From: Oculina patagonica
Taxonomy: Eukaryota
Direction of reading: 5' to 3'
DNA: 64,000 nt
NCBI RefSeq assembly: GCF_052425735.1
Contig: NC_135763.1
Coordinates: 3,472,001-3,536,000, forward strand
The notes beneath the pieces are model-generated. The model worked only from the letters and a program-made list of their open reading frames with translations. It did no database searches and was not told where the DNA came from. Shown piece by piece: positions 26,840-40,400 of the stretch. The position numbers and the translations under genes are program-made. Position 1 is the stretch's first letter; every line of letters starts with the position of its first letter.

Positions 26840-27213
26840 GGCCCGGTTCAGACGCCGTACTTTTCATGAGCCGAACTCAATTCGAATTTGGACCGACCCA
26901 AATTGACAAAAGTACGCCTCTTGATTCAGACGCCGTACTTTTTGGCCGTTCCGAGGCCGTTCCTAATACAGTTCCAATAAAACCAATCAAAGTTGTCAAA
27001 ATACATTATAATAATTTATGAATTAGGATCGGCACATGAAAAGTACGGCGTCTGAATCAAAGCCGCTCCAACGGCCAAGCCAGGCGGGAAGAACGGATGA
27101 GCCGTTCCAAATTGAAATAACCGTTCTAATTTGATTCAGACGCCGATCTTTTCATGTACTTAATTCAAGGAATTAGGTTCGGCTCATGAAAAGATCGGCG
27201 TCTGAACCGGGCC
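26840..27213. mobile_element. PIF/Harbinger-type MITE
   Basis: TIR GGCCCGGTTCAGACGCCG with TTA on both sides. Confidence 0.8.
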
Positions 27214-27694
27214 TTAGGAACGGTTTTCAGTGCAAGCCGCAAATAAACCAGCGTACTTTTCAAGAATTGATTTTTGCCTAGGACGTGGTTCTCGGCTGGT
27301 TAGTGTCACTTATCACTTATCAAACAGTCTACGTAAAGTTCTTAGGGGTAAAAATGAACTCGTATCACGCTGCCAAGAATGAATTCTCGTAAATTTCAAG
27401 GAGTGTTTTTCGAAATGTAAGATGGGCATCCCATCACGTTTAGTACGTTTGTATGAGAGTCCACCCTTCCCTCTCCCGAGATCGATTGTTTCATCACAAT
27501 TTGTTTTAGGAATGGGATAACAAAAGTAGAATTAAAAGAAAACAGACCAACGCAAGCAATTCCATTTATTGACACCATATCAGTGTTGTTTTCCTAGCAG
27601 TTATAATTATCATCTACACCTTGCTTTGCTACGTTTGACTTGCTGCGTCTTTGATTTGGATCCTGATTGCTTGCGTTGCGAAGGCATCCATTTT

Positions 27695-30221
27695 TCTGTA
27701 AAGAAAACAAAATTACTTCGTGTCACCTTCTTCCGTCGTTAGTGAGGTTCAAGTTAGATGAATGTTTTCATACCTTTTATATACTCCAACTCGCGAAAGC
27801 CCTACCCTTTTATATATCTATATATACACCCTTTCAGGTGGAGCCTCCCCGTATAGTCATCTATAGGAAGTGCCTTACCCCCAGAAGGGGTGCTGCATGC
27901 CGTTTGCGAGTGTTCAAGCTACCATATTCTTACTTATGCTATAACATTATAATTATCTAAGTGCTCCAAGATCACAGTTGTTTATTCTAATGTTGTAAGA
28001 ACTGAGAAATAGCAATAAATTTTTGCATTTCAAAGGCATTAAATTTGAGGGAACATTTAGGTCTTCCCGAATTTGTACAGTGTGTTAACAATTAAACAAC
28101 CAACATGCCAACATGCTTCTTTAGTGTATTTAGAATACAAGACTTAAATTTCGATACTTATGGCCATGATAATATAACATAAACTACTTTTTTTCAACTC
28201 TGACTAACTCTACCATCAATAACAAGGGATTCTCACCAGTATATCTGGCCCCTGTTATGAATAAGTTTATCACTGTTGGATGAATAAGCTTGATTTGGAT
28301 ATCAAATAGAATGAAGTATATTTTAATGGAAACTGCTATCGAGGAACTTTTCTTTGGTTATTTAGAAAAAGCAAACTTACCAATCCTCTACACAAGCTTC
28401 ACATGTTTTAGGACACAACCGGACTACAGTCTGTGGACGATCTTGGCATTGCCCACTTTTAGCCAGGGCGGAACAGTTTGATCCATGGTCCTTACAGGGT
28501 TCTATAAAAAATCAAACAAATGCTTTTACTATGCTTGAGTTTCTTGAAAAACTGAGCTTCACGCAACACGTTTCATAACCTAGTTTGAGTCTACTGTAGC
28601 CTGGGTGCAAGGCAGGCGTTTGGGAGAGAGAGGGGAAAACGAGAAGCGCGTTTTCCTCTATTCCTCGCCTTTGAACCGCCAAGCAGGCTAATTCTACTGG
28701 AAAAATTAAGCGGAAGTGTACTTTTCCTGTCTTTGCCGGCAGCATGACGAATTGAATATGAAAAGGGTAGATTATATTGGTTATATTCATTTACTTACTA
28801 CAGTTGACCTCACAGCTGATCGGGCAATTCTTTAATACCGCATACTGTAATTCAAGAGGACCTCTTGTTCCACAGAAGTCATGATCTTTTAACAGATTAC
28901 AGTCCTCTTCTGTGTTATCATAGCATTCACCTGGTAAAGAATTGATGAAGTGAGATTGTTTAGTAACACAGAGCTAATCCATACAATGGCAGCCGTCCAG
29001 ACAAACTTACAAAGTAAGCGATGATTTGTCCAAAATCACTATAGTAAATAAGCTTACCCGCGAGTAACAACCTAAAATTTAAGAACCTGCTAGGCTAAAA
29101 TTTGCCAGGTAGATCCTCTTTTTATAAGAACCTCTTAAGGCCAAAACAGGTTCTTTTTTTCTAAAATCGATTTTAAATGTTTACTTTTAGCGAGAATGCT
29201 TGAGTAGTTTTTTGTTTTAGTCATTTTTACATAAACACTTATTTGGTATGCAAATTTCATATAGGGAAAAGGCTAAATAACTTAAAATTTTATAAGCAAC
29301 AATGCAAATTTTTCTTCAGAAACTAAGAACCTATTAAGAACCTAAATCCTAAAATTGTGCTTATTACCATTTATGTAAGAACCTGTTTAGGCTAACCTGG
29401 AAAAATGCAGGTTCTTACTCGCGGGTTTTTACTGTATTACAAAGGTTAGGGCTGCTACAGGAGTCAAAATGATTGCTTTAACACTAACCACGAACCCGGA
29501 TAATTCTTTCCGGTTTCTTTCTTTGGGTTTTACTTATGGCATTACGTGCACGAAGTAATAATATAATACTGGACATGTAGCTATAACATTATAATTATCT
29601 CTTCTTCCTGTAATTTATATCTGATAATAATCATTCTGTAATAATTCTTCTTGTCGCTCTCCTGGTTAATCCTTTTTGCAAAGTCACGGCCAAGTTAGGA
29701 ATCCATACCTGCACCTGTAAAAACAAATAAAGAATGAAATAAGCGACAAAGAAACTAGACTTGAAAAATTTGAAACTTTCATAATTTCTTGATCACTAAA
29801 AACCCTTCAATGTTTTCACAAATAGATTATAGAGCAGTTTTCAATTGAGTGTCGTAAAACCAAAACCAAAGTAATTACTCTGGCCAATCACAAAGGACAC
29901 AGACAACCCAATGAACCAATCAAAACTCGAAGCAAATACATGTAGCTGGCACGAAGCGCGGGAAAACGTGCGCGAGCGAGTCACGATTGGTTTTGGTTTT
30001 AGTTCTGATTGGCTGAGAAAGTGGCGCGAGATTTTTAAGCCAATCAACAAGCATAGTAATGCAAAACCAAAGCAAACGCAATTTACTTTCGACACTCAAG
30101 TGAAAACCGCTCTATTCTATACGCTTTTGCTTGCGTGTGTGCTTGCGTGCGTTTTGGTATACTTACAATATCCAATACCGTACAAAAGCACCAAAAGAAA
30201 CATTCCACACTTGAAAGACAT
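27695..30221 (-). CDS. Secreted two-ShKT-domain peptide, copy B (104 aa)
   Basis: Exons 30167-30221 (MSFKCGMFLLVLLYGIGY), 29709-29714 (microexon), 28799-28930 (GECYDNTEEDCNLLKDHDFCGTRGPLELQYAVLKNCPISCEVNC) and 28381-28501 (KPCKDHGSNCSALAKSGQCQDRPQTVVRLCPKTCEACVED+TG). The final A of the TGA stop is at 27695, after an intron. Confidence 0.85.
29040..29436. mobile_element. Degenerate TIR element in an ShKT copy B intron
   Basis: CCCGCGAGTAA / TTACTCGCGGG inverted ends with AAGAACCT subrepeats. Confidence 0.6.
29830..30114. mobile_element. Same MITE family, in the first coding intron of ShKT copy B
   Basis: TAGAGCAGTTTTCA...TGAAAACCGCTCTA. Confidence 0.85.
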
Positions 30222-30482
30222 GGCTAGAAAATGGAAAAAGATAAGATACAGAGACACAATTAATTTCACTTAATTAGTTTCAGGGTCAACAGTTGTAATA
30301 CAATGGTAGGCGCCCGACTACCAGAGAAAACTCTTTTGGCAAGAGGCTCTAGAGGAAGTAGGAAGAAGGGACAAAGCAAAGTAGAAGGACACAATCAGGA
30401 AAAAAATGTTTCCTAGTGATACTCGTGACGCTATCTGCGAGAAAGTTTCGTAAATCATCCACAAGAATCTAGATTCGACATT

Positions 30483-30712
30483 TTGCAAGGCGTATCTGAG
30501 AGACTCTCCCGAGTGTTACGTGATAATGGCCTGAAAGTAGGTTATAAACCTTTGAATGTCTTGCGTACTCGCTTTCCACGACCGAAGGACAAACCTTCAG
30601 CGGCACAGACCAGAGGCGTTGTTTACAAAATTGCTTGCAGTGATTGCGATTTTGTTTATTACGGACAAACGGACAGGGCCCTGCAAACTAGGATAAAAGA
30701 ACACAAAAGGGC
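30483..30712 (+). mobile_element. Penelope-like retroelement fragment (GIY-YIG endonuclease)
   Basis: GVVYKIACSDCDFVYYGQTDRALQTRIKEHKR. Confidence 0.85.
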
Positions 30713-31635
30713 ACCCTTACCATTTTATAGACCAGTTTTGATAGGAATGACAATCCTTTCGTCAACCTCGTTCCCAGGGTTTTTCCATGCCCTGGAAACG
30801 ATGTTCGCATACCTTTACAATTGCGTGCCTGATGATAAACCCGGTTATTTTTTATCCCTGCATGTGATAGATTCATGTTTTACTTCACTCCCCCTCCCAA
30901 GAAGAAAAGAGAAATTAAAGCATGAAGTAACATTTTTTAAAACGTATTTTGTGTAATTTTTCTACGCCTTTCTTGCCATCGAAGTTGTGCCACGCAGGCA
31001 TTGAAAGCCATATTAAACGAAACGAAAGTCTTCGCATAAAATTTTAACCATACTAACATTCCCTGAGAAAGGAAAACCCGTTGAAGAAGAATCCTGCAAT
31101 CGTATTGTTAGCTTCTGGCACTGGGTCAATAACAGCTATGTTCGACCTGTCTTAGTTCTGTTTTTTTTTTTTTTTGCTTGTTTTGCGTAATATAGCAAAA
31201 AAATGTCTTCGTTTAGACGATATTTTTCACTTAGACCAAATTATCTTGGTTTCCAGAATTCTCTCGCCCCGGGAGACGGGACATTGATGAGTAGTAATTC
31301 TATAAATGTTAATTCGAGGATTCAAGGCACTAAAAAGCAAAACTGTGTTAGCTATATTTGATATTGGAAATTGTTCCCGGTCAGATGACTGGAAAGAAAA
31401 CCATCAACTATCGAAAAAGCCGGACAGTTTTGAACATCGTTGAATTAGTAAAGTCATTTATGACCAGGGAAATTTCCATCAATTTGTTTTATTGACCACC
31501 AGTGATTTTGGTGTTGCAGGGTTTGCAGTAGAAAGCGATAATTTGATCGAATTGTTTTTGTTTTTTGAAATAAGCCGTATCCATGGATATGTTTTACAGT
31601 ACCAGCGGAAACTAGCATCGATTCTTTGACAGTTA

Positions 31636-34415
31636 GGCCCTGTTCACAAGATTCCGGAATGACTTTCATTCCGGAACGAGTTTATTCCATCCCCATACAT
31701 TTCTCTGTATCTGTTTACATGATACCGAGACGAAAGTAGAGTCATTCCGGAATGAGTTCATTCCGGTTTTTTTTCCGGAATGAAAGTTTCGTTCTGGAAT
31801 GACATTTCATTCTGGTATCATGTAAACAGGTGTAGCTAACTGTCGTGGGTCGTGGGTCGTGGGTGGAAGTCGTGGGTCGTGGGTGTGGGTAAAAGTCGTG
31901 GGTAACAAAAAAGTCGTAAAAAAATACTGAAAAAAAAACACATTTGTGAGAAATGGTTCGTCAAGGTGTATTGCTAGTCTGATGTAGAGTTTCGACCCGG
32001 CCAAGAGACTCTTCAGAGGCCTTTACACTCAACAAACTTGTTGGGGTGACTGTTATACCAGAAACACCCTTGAACACCGAAAATGTTTTAACACAGATTA
32101 AAAAAAATGATTTGATTGAATTAAAATAAACGTTAAAAATCAAAATAAGATAAAGTTATTCAAGAAACAAAGCATTGGTAATTGCTTACAATATTGCATT
32201 CCGCAGAATTCCCAAAGATTGATTGCTCACAACTGGATTAAAACTAAAGACTTCCGATGATATCAACGGAAAATTCCGTAGTCGTCCGAAAACTTTCAAA
32301 TGTTGCCCAAACATAACCCAATATTTTAAGAAAGCTGCCGAACATTTCCGAAGTCCCTTGCCGATCGTCGGTTTTCATACTAGAAACGCGTTACTCGTCG
32401 GGAAGAACATAGGCAAACATTTTGTAGTTTGTCTGGTTACAATCTCTATAATAGCCTAGCACAGGATTCGTTACCCGTCTCGACGAGCGACCTTTCGTAC
32501 TAATGCGTCACTCAAGACGCAGTATGTATTTTAAACCTAGTCCGCAGCCCGTAGCCCGCGTTTCACTGAGGTGAAAAAAGAAAACACCCAATTAAAATGT
32601 CTACAGCCGTCCCCCCAGGGGGGTACTCGGGATTTTAACTGACGGGGATGATGGAGTGGGGGAAAAATCAAGACCCATAAAAATCCCTAGGGCTTCCAAA
32701 ATTACCCCAAGAAATCCCTAGTTCAAAAATTGACCCCTCAATAATCAACAGCAAAACACGTTTGTTTGTACTTTATTCGCAGAACTACGCAGCCAAGGCA
32801 CTGCCACAAATCTTCAGATTGTTTTGAATACCCAGAAACATCCCTACTCAAATCAAAAAAAAATACTTGCCAAATTTTCCTATCCAAAAAAATCCAGGAA
32901 TCGAAAATTTCAAACCCCAAAAAATCCTTCTTTCTTCCCGTCACTTGAAACCCCATGTATCCCCCCGTGCGGCCGTCCCCTCCCTGTTGAGGGGAGGGAG
33001 ACGGCTGTACACACTGACAGACTACAATATACATGCTCGTTTTAAAAATAAGCAGAATAATTTGGAAAAAGTAGTATAGGCAGAGAATTCTATGCATTGC
33101 GTCGGGTGTCGGTTAAAAAAGAAAGCTCTTGCAAAATCTCCCACGCCAAGCTCTCACAAAACCAAGTGTTATAGGTTGCAATAAAAAAAAAGTTGGCTGA
33201 AACATTTCCGCGACCGAATCGAACATTTTATCGCTTTGCCCAACAGGCGAAGCCTTTGTATCTATTTTGTAATGTAAACCAAACGTAAACGGAAGCGCCT
33301 CTTTGTAACCGCAAACGCGACCATCAAAATTTCCCACGGAAAAAATGTCGTTCAGTCTGCAGCGCACAATGTCACGCAATATTTTAAAGTCACGGTTCTT
33401 GCGGGGTGGGGGAAGTGTGTGAGGACAAAATGCTAATCGCAACGCAGAATAAAATAAAATTTGAAATTAGTTTTTATGTGAATATTGTATCTATGACTCT
33501 TTTCTTCAGCCGTTCTTTTCTCAGATAAGGGGCTTCGTAAATGTTGGGACTTCGGACGACTTCGGAGCTTTTCATCTTCAGTTTTGGTCCATTGGTGAGC
33601 GATCAATCTTATCGCAAAATTCCAGGCACTGTTCATGCCCTATTTCATTTCAAATACTTACTTCTTTAATATTTTTACTTTTTTTAATGTTTTAAATTTA
33701 TTTAACTTTAACTGAACCGTTTTGTTGATGTGTGTTTTTAACATTTTCGGTGTCCCAGGGTGCTTCGTGGTGTTCTGAAGGGTCCTTTGGCCGGGTCGAA
33801 ACTCTACGTCAGACTAGCCGTGCACGAACTAATTTTATTCAAATGTTTTTTTCAGTATTTTTTTTTGACTTTTTTGTTACCCACGACTTTTACCCACACC
33901 CACGACCCACGACTTCCACCCACGACCCACGACTTCCACCCACGACCCACGACCCACGACCCACGACCCACGACCCACGACCCACGACCCACGACCCACG
34001 ACCCACGACAGTTAGCTACACTCCATGTAAACACAGAACGAATTTCGTTTCGAGATGAAATCGCAACTCATGAAACCGCATACGGACTCCACAGTTTGAA
34101 TTCAGAGCGAAAAAACTTAATAGCATTTAATGTTTAGCCCAAAGAAGCAGCTCTTTGGTCAAATTACTCTTTAAAGTTGCAGATACGGCTATTAATGGGC
34201 ACAAAAACGTATTTGCGCGAAACATGCGCCATCTTATTTTGATCTCGTGCGAAACATGCGCCACCTTGTTTTGATCTCGCGCGAAAACCGCGCGCACGTG
34301 AAAATGCCTTTGGTTGAACCGGTCGACTCTGTCAGGTAAATGCAGAACGAACTTCATTCCGGAACGAGTTCCATTCCGGAATGAAAGTCATTCCGGAATC
34401 ATGTAATAAACAGGT
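31636..34415. mobile_element. TIR element of the 10268 family, interrupted by nested insertions
   Basis: Halves 31636-31827 and 34024-34415 align to 10268-10757. Confidence 0.8.
31828..34023. mobile_element. 2.2-kb Mutator-like non-autonomous element with long TIRs
   Basis: TIR GTGTAGCTAACTGTCGTGGGTC with (GACCCAC)n; CATGTAAAC duplicated at 31819-31827 and 34024-34032. Confidence 0.85.
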
Positions 34416-35981
34416 CTTTAGATGTCTCGAATGACTTACTATTCTAAGATTCTGCGATAGCGTAAATTATCCGTGTCTTTTCAGTTCTTTCAGTTCTGCC
34501 TGCCACTGTTTGCCCTTTCACGGTTGTCTCGAGGTTTCTTGGGTCGTTAAGATTATTTAATATTTAATATGTGGTTTCTTGTGTAAATAAAACAAAAAAA
34601 CTTTTCGCTTTCAACAAGTTAACTGTACTTGGTATCACGTTGATAGTTTAACTCGTTGCTTTCTCATTTACATGCTACATTTTTATGCACATTCTAGAGT
34701 GAATTCGTGTAACCCGTTTTTTATATGTTAATGAGTCGTATAATATTCTAATGTTTGTGTACAATAAATAAAATACACGAGTGGTCAGAAGACCTCAAAG
34801 AAATCACTTTAATAGTTATACAGAAAATAAGTATAAACAGGAAGTGTCTTTTTTTTCAGCACTTGAAGAACATGTTCAACCTAAATTGAAAAATTAGCGA
34901 TCTGGTTCAAAATACGCAGGATTTAGTCATTTCACGTTGTTGTTTTTCAGAAGACGAGAAATAAATTTGCCAAGGAGTAATAGAACACATGCACAGCTAT
35001 TTTCCTGCTTATTAAACCTTTTGTTTGCTAAACAAAAGTTGTTTGTCATCGTGATTTGCTAAAGCTCCCCATTGGATTGCGCGCGCAGAATTACGTTACA
35101 GTCAAGTTTAATTTGTTTTTTTTTTTACGCGATGTTGAATATAAAATGTTTATCTAAAATCGCAAGACAATTCAAGGCATGATAATTTTTAAGCCCTGTT
35201 ATCTGTCTTGGTTTTTACATATTGGTAAATGCTTGAATTTTAACCTGACTTCCACATGCAAATACTTACGATTTGTCTGCAATTTTCTGTTTTCTTGTAC
35301 AGCTCATTAAAATATTACACGGCCATTAGCATATAAAAAACGGGTTACACGAATTCACTCTAATTCGTGTAACCCGTTTTTTAAATGCTAATGAGCCGCA
35401 TAATATTCTAATGCTTGTGTACAATAAAACAATACACGAGTGATCAGAAAACCTCAAAGCAATCAGTTTAATTGTTTTCCAGAAAAAAAAACAGGAAGTG
35501 TTTCCTGAGGAAACACTTTCCTCCTCCTTTGAACACTTTATAAACCTAAATCGAAATAAAGCGGACGTTTAGTTTGAAACCAAAAAAATAAAAGATTATC
35601 GGTCTGGCTCAAAACACACAGAATTTAATTTCTTCACCTTGTTGTTTATCAGAAGACGGCAAACAAATTTGCCAAGATCTAGAACACGTGCACAGCTATT
35701 TTCCTTCTCATTAAACCTTTTGTTTGCGAAAAAAAGTTGATTGCCATTGTTGTTTGCTAAAGCTCCTCAAAATGAATTGCGCGCACAGAATTGTGTTACA
35801 GTCAAGTTTAATTTTTGTTTTCTTAACGCGATTTTGAATATAAAATGTTTATCGAAAATCACCAAACAAATCAAGGCATGACAAATATTAAGTCCTGTTA
35901 TCTGTTTCGCATTTTCTCCTTAGTCCTCTGTCTTCTCTGGGAGAATAGTTTTTTCGGTTTTTACATGTTGGTGAAAGCTTG

Positions 35982-36455
35982 CACCAACTGTAACTTTGTA
36001 TACTACGGTCAAACGGAGCGACCATTAAAGACCCGGATTGCGGAACACAAGCAGTGGCCATGTTCGACCATGACTCAAAGATCTCCTGTCATGTACATGA
36101 AAATAATCACCACATGGATTTCAATGCCGTCAATGTAGTTGGACATGAGCGAAATTACCACAAGCGACTCTTTTTGGAAGCTTGGTTGTCCATAAAGGAT
36201 ACGCACTCTGGGAACGACCATGCTGTCATCCCAGAGGTTTACAAGTCCTTGTCACGCGCATGAGTTTCGCGCCACGTTTTCTTTTGTTTCAAACTTTTAC
36301 ACGTTATTTTTAAAGCGCGCGCTAACGTGCTGCTATTTTTTAAATCGCGTGTGAAAGCTTTGATTTTTTTTAACTGATGAAGGCTTAAGCAATAGCCGAA
36401 ACGTCTTGGAAAAATAACATCAAAACACAGTCAGCGACAAACCTTCAACAAACTA
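35982..36455 (+). mobile_element. 5'-truncated Penelope-like retroelement (GIY-YIG end plus 3' region)
   Basis: CTNCNFVYYGQTERPLKTRIAEHK / SKISCHVHENNHHMDF...KRLFLEAW; 10-bp direct repeat TGAAAGCTTG at 35972-35981 and 36456-36465. Confidence 0.85.
36362..36417 (+). ncRNA. Minimal type I hammerhead ribozyme
   Basis: CTGATGA (36374-36380), stem II GGCT/AGCC, GAAAC-GTC, stem I TTTTTTTAA / TTGGAAAAA. Confidence 0.7.
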
Positions 36456-37286
36456 TGAAAGCTTGACGATTTGTCCGTAATTTTCTGTTTTCCTGTACAG
36501 CTCATTAGAATATTACAGAGCACATTAGCATATAAAAAACGGGTTACACGAATTCACTCTATTAACAGCAAGACAGTTGCAGTCACATAGACTATTATCA
36601 CTTAATTGAGTCACCTAGAAGAGCGCGCAGCCTTTTGATTTCAAAATCGTCTTTTTTATTAGCTGTGTGGATTTCAATATTATACATAGAATGAGCTAGG
36701 TTTGTTTATATAACTTTTCTCGTTAACCAAGTTATTATTAACTGACGCGCTTCAAAATTTTACCGTACCCAAATTCGCAAGTAGCCAATCAGAAGCGCGA
36801 TCTACTGTCCTGATATCCTACGATATCAAGTCACTGACCTGATATGCCCGATATCATGGTCACTTTGAAGTAAAGTAGTGTTAACCGTACGATGAAGTGA
36901 AAAGAGGTTTTACCAATAAAAAAGAACCTCGTAAGTTAAATTTAGCTGGTGTTTACCAGTCGTAAAGGAGAAAAACTTTCCCGCAAAAACTAAACTTGAG
37001 TGCGCTCGCCAATTGCGCGATGTTTGCCGACGAGTACTGAAACATTCAGACTAAAACAATGGAGTCGGAGTTTTTCGAGCTAAGTTTTGATTTTGAAAAT
37101 TTAGAGAATAAACTCCAATCAAACGAGTGAAAAAATGTCAGAAGAGTTACTTGATAAAGTTTTGAAGACCAAAAAAAGTATCAATACAAGCTGGTCAGCA
37201 CAATTTGCACTACGACTGAGTGCAGGCACGAATTCAACAACGCGATTAATATTAACGGATTTCTGGCTGAATTTGGGTACGGTAAA

Positions 37287-37408
37287 TACCTAATCGTACC
37301 TTTTTGGTACGCTTCGGCGGCATATCAGACTCGTTTGTTCTCGAGCCATGGCTCGACCAAACTCGCCTGATATGCCGCCGAATCGTACCAAAAAGGTACG
37401 ATTAGGTA
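37287..37408. repeat. ~120-bp near-perfect hairpin, probably the end of a non-autonomous DNA element
   Basis: TACCTAATCGTACCTTTTTGGTACG...CGTACCAAAAAGGTACGATTAGGTA. Confidence 0.8.
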
Positions 37409-37424
37409 TAAATATTCAGCTTAA

Positions 37425-40400
37425 CCATGAAATTTTAACTTGGAAAAGATAATTACCAGTATAGAGAGAGACTCAACAGAAAAGAGGGAGTCGAACCCCA
37501 GATAGGACAAGTTCTTTTACACTAACCTTAGGATAGTCGACTCTTGGAATTGATGTCTCCTGATGTGTGTTATGCGCCGATGTAAAAGATGTGTTTGGCT
37601 TTTACACAAGACACACGATATGGCCTTAATTTCAAATGCTGGTTACCTAACTGTTTCGTTTGTGTTCATTACACGCTTTAAAAGCATTTTGCCAGTTCAC
37701 AAATAAAATTGTTATCAGATAAGAGCCTTGACTTAAATGACTTGTATAATGAATAAATAAAAGACTTTTCAGAAATCAGTGCATTTAAAGCTAATGGCTT
37801 TTCTCTACGAGTTAAAGCAATTCAACCAGCTAGAAACTTTGACTGAAAAATGTTTGGAAAGTTGTTCGTCATTTTTAAACTGATCGATCCCGTGTTTCTT
37901 TTGCTTAGAAAGTCGATAACAGTAGTTCATTGATGCAAAATAGAAACTTGATCTGTTCTGTTCGGTTTGTGATTCGCTAGAATTATTTACCTTATCCTAT
38001 TCCATCGACTTCTAATCGCACCATTAAACAGCGATGCTTTTTCGAAATTTTAATGAAAGACAGGGGCGATGACTTTTGCTATCCCCGTCACAATATATCA
38101 AAGAGCAGGAAATAAATAAAAGGATTTCTTCTGCTGTTCTTGATAAATAACTGGCATTGATCGATTAAATTAAAGAATGAAAATAAAAATTACAGGGATA
38201 AATACATGCAGCTTTGCGAGACTTGGGGCAAAATATTTAAATGAAAACAGATTTCCTTTCCCTAACTAATACATTTTTAATAAGGACGAAATCCCGTTCA
38301 AATTGCGTGCAGACTTGCGAGAGAAATGGCTCTTTTGACAACTCCGGTTATTTTTTTTTATCCCTGTGATAGATTCATGTTTTATTTCACTTCCCCTCCC
38401 AAACATTCCCAAGAAAATAAGAGAGAAATAAAACATAAAACTAAAATCCTTAACCGGTATTCCGTGTATTCTTTACGCTCTTCTTGCCATCGAAATTGTG
38501 CCACGCATGCATTGAAAGCCATATTAAACGAAATGAAAGTCGCTGCATATAGAGCTAACCAAAATAACATTCTTTTAGAAAGTTTATTAAAAAAGTGACC
38601 CAGTTGCAAAATGACCAAAAAGGCCCTTTTCTAAGCCACATCTTCCGTTTCGCGCTGGCTTCTGAGATTGTCGGCAAAGGAATCGCCATGAAATCTGTAA
38701 TTATAACTTGGTTCTTAATCTCATTAATGAGCAGACAGAATTTCCATCAATTCGTGTTATTGACCATCAGAAATGTTTACGGTGCTGGGTTTGATAACTT
38801 GTTACAGTGTTCAGTCTCGTTAACTAAGTTGTTGTGAACAGATGTGCCTCAAAATTATATTTAGATTAGCCGGGAAATTTTAACTTGGCATGGGATAGAT
38901 ATATACCAGTATAGACAGCGACTTAACAGAAAAGATGGAGTCGAACCCAAGATAGCACAAGTTCTATTACACTAACTTTAACCTGCGATCAGGCGTTTTT
39001 TCCCTTGCAAAAATGAGTAGCGAGGGAGGGCATGATCTCAGGTTAACTAACCTTAGGATAGTCGACTCTTGGAACTGATGTCTCCTGATGTGTGTTATGC
39101 TCCGAGGTAAAAAATGTGTTAGGCTTTGCCACAAGACACACGATATAGCCTTAATTTCAAATGGAATTGTTTGGGATCTTTACTGGTTACCTAATTGTTT
39201 CGTTTGTGGTCATTACACGCTTTAAAAGCATTTTGCCAGTTCACAAAATATCTGTTTAATTGTTACCAGATAAGAGCCTTGACTTAATTGACTTGTAAAA
39301 AATGAATAAATAAAAGACTTTTCAGAAATCAGTGCATTTAAAGCTAATGGCTTTTCTCTACGAGTTAAAGCAATTCTGAACCAGCTAGAAACTTCGACTG
39401 AAAAATGTTTGATCCCGTGTTTCTTTTACCTAGAAAGTAGAAGTTCATTTATGCAAAATAGAAACTTGATCTGTTCTGTTCGGTTTGTGATTCGCTACAA
39501 TTTTTTACATTAGCCTTTTCCAATCGACTTCTAATTGCACCATTAACACAGCGATGCTTTTTCGACTTGGGGCAAATTATTTAAACACTTAAATGGAAAC
39601 GGATTTCATTTCCACAACTGATACATTTTAATGAGGACGAAACCCCGTTAATATTGCGTGCAGACTTGCGAGAGAAAAAGGTTTTTTTATACCTCGGGTT
39701 ATTTTTTATCCCTGTGATAGATTCATGTTTTATTTAACTTCCCCTCCCAAACATTCCTAAGAAAATAAGAGAAAAATAAAACATAAAACTAAAATCCTTT
39801 AACCGGTATTCTGACGCGTATTTTTTCCGCTCTTCTTGCCATCGAAATTGTGCCACGCATGCATTGAAAGCCATATCAAACGAAACGAAAGTTGCTGCAT
39901 ATAAAGTTAACCATACTAACATCCTTTGAGAAAATGTTTTAAAAAGTGGCACAGTTGCACAGTGATGTAAAAGGTTCTTTTCTAAGCCACATGTTCAGTT
40001 TAGCGTTGGCTTCAGAGGTTGCCGGCAAAGAAGTCGCCATGAAATCCGAAATTATAACTTGGTTCTTAATCTACTTAGGTCCGGCAAGCGGGTTTCTTGT
40101 AAAAGGGTCAATAGACAACCAGCTATGTGTTTATTGGCTGTCGCTTAGCCTGTATTGACTTTAGTTTGTTTGTTGGTTTGCTTTTTAAGTAAAATAGCGA
40201 AATAGGGAACTTCTTTTAGTGTCTCACTTCGGGAGAGGCAAGACCCAGATTCATGTTTTATTTTCTACCCCTCCCAAACATTCCCAAGAAAAAAAGAGAG
40301 AAATAAGACATAAAAATAAAATCCTTTAACCGGTATTCCGTGTATTTTTTCCGCTCTTCTTGCCATCGAAATTGTGCCACGCATGCATTGAAAGCCATAT

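Larger units (their letters stand above)
34695..36561. mobile_element. Two tandem MITEs with TIR TAGAGTGAATTCGTGTAACCCG
   Basis: Units 34695-35362 and 35362-36561; the second contains a Penelope-like insertion. Confidence 0.8.

Noticed and set aside
37480-37505. B-box-like GGTTCGACTCC (also ~38940 and ~55680) as tRNA genes
   Set aside because: No cloverleaf could be folded; probably SINE remnants or chance matches
38480-38500. QFRW as an RWamide neuropeptide
   Set aside because: No amidating Gly or basic cleavage site follows the Trp
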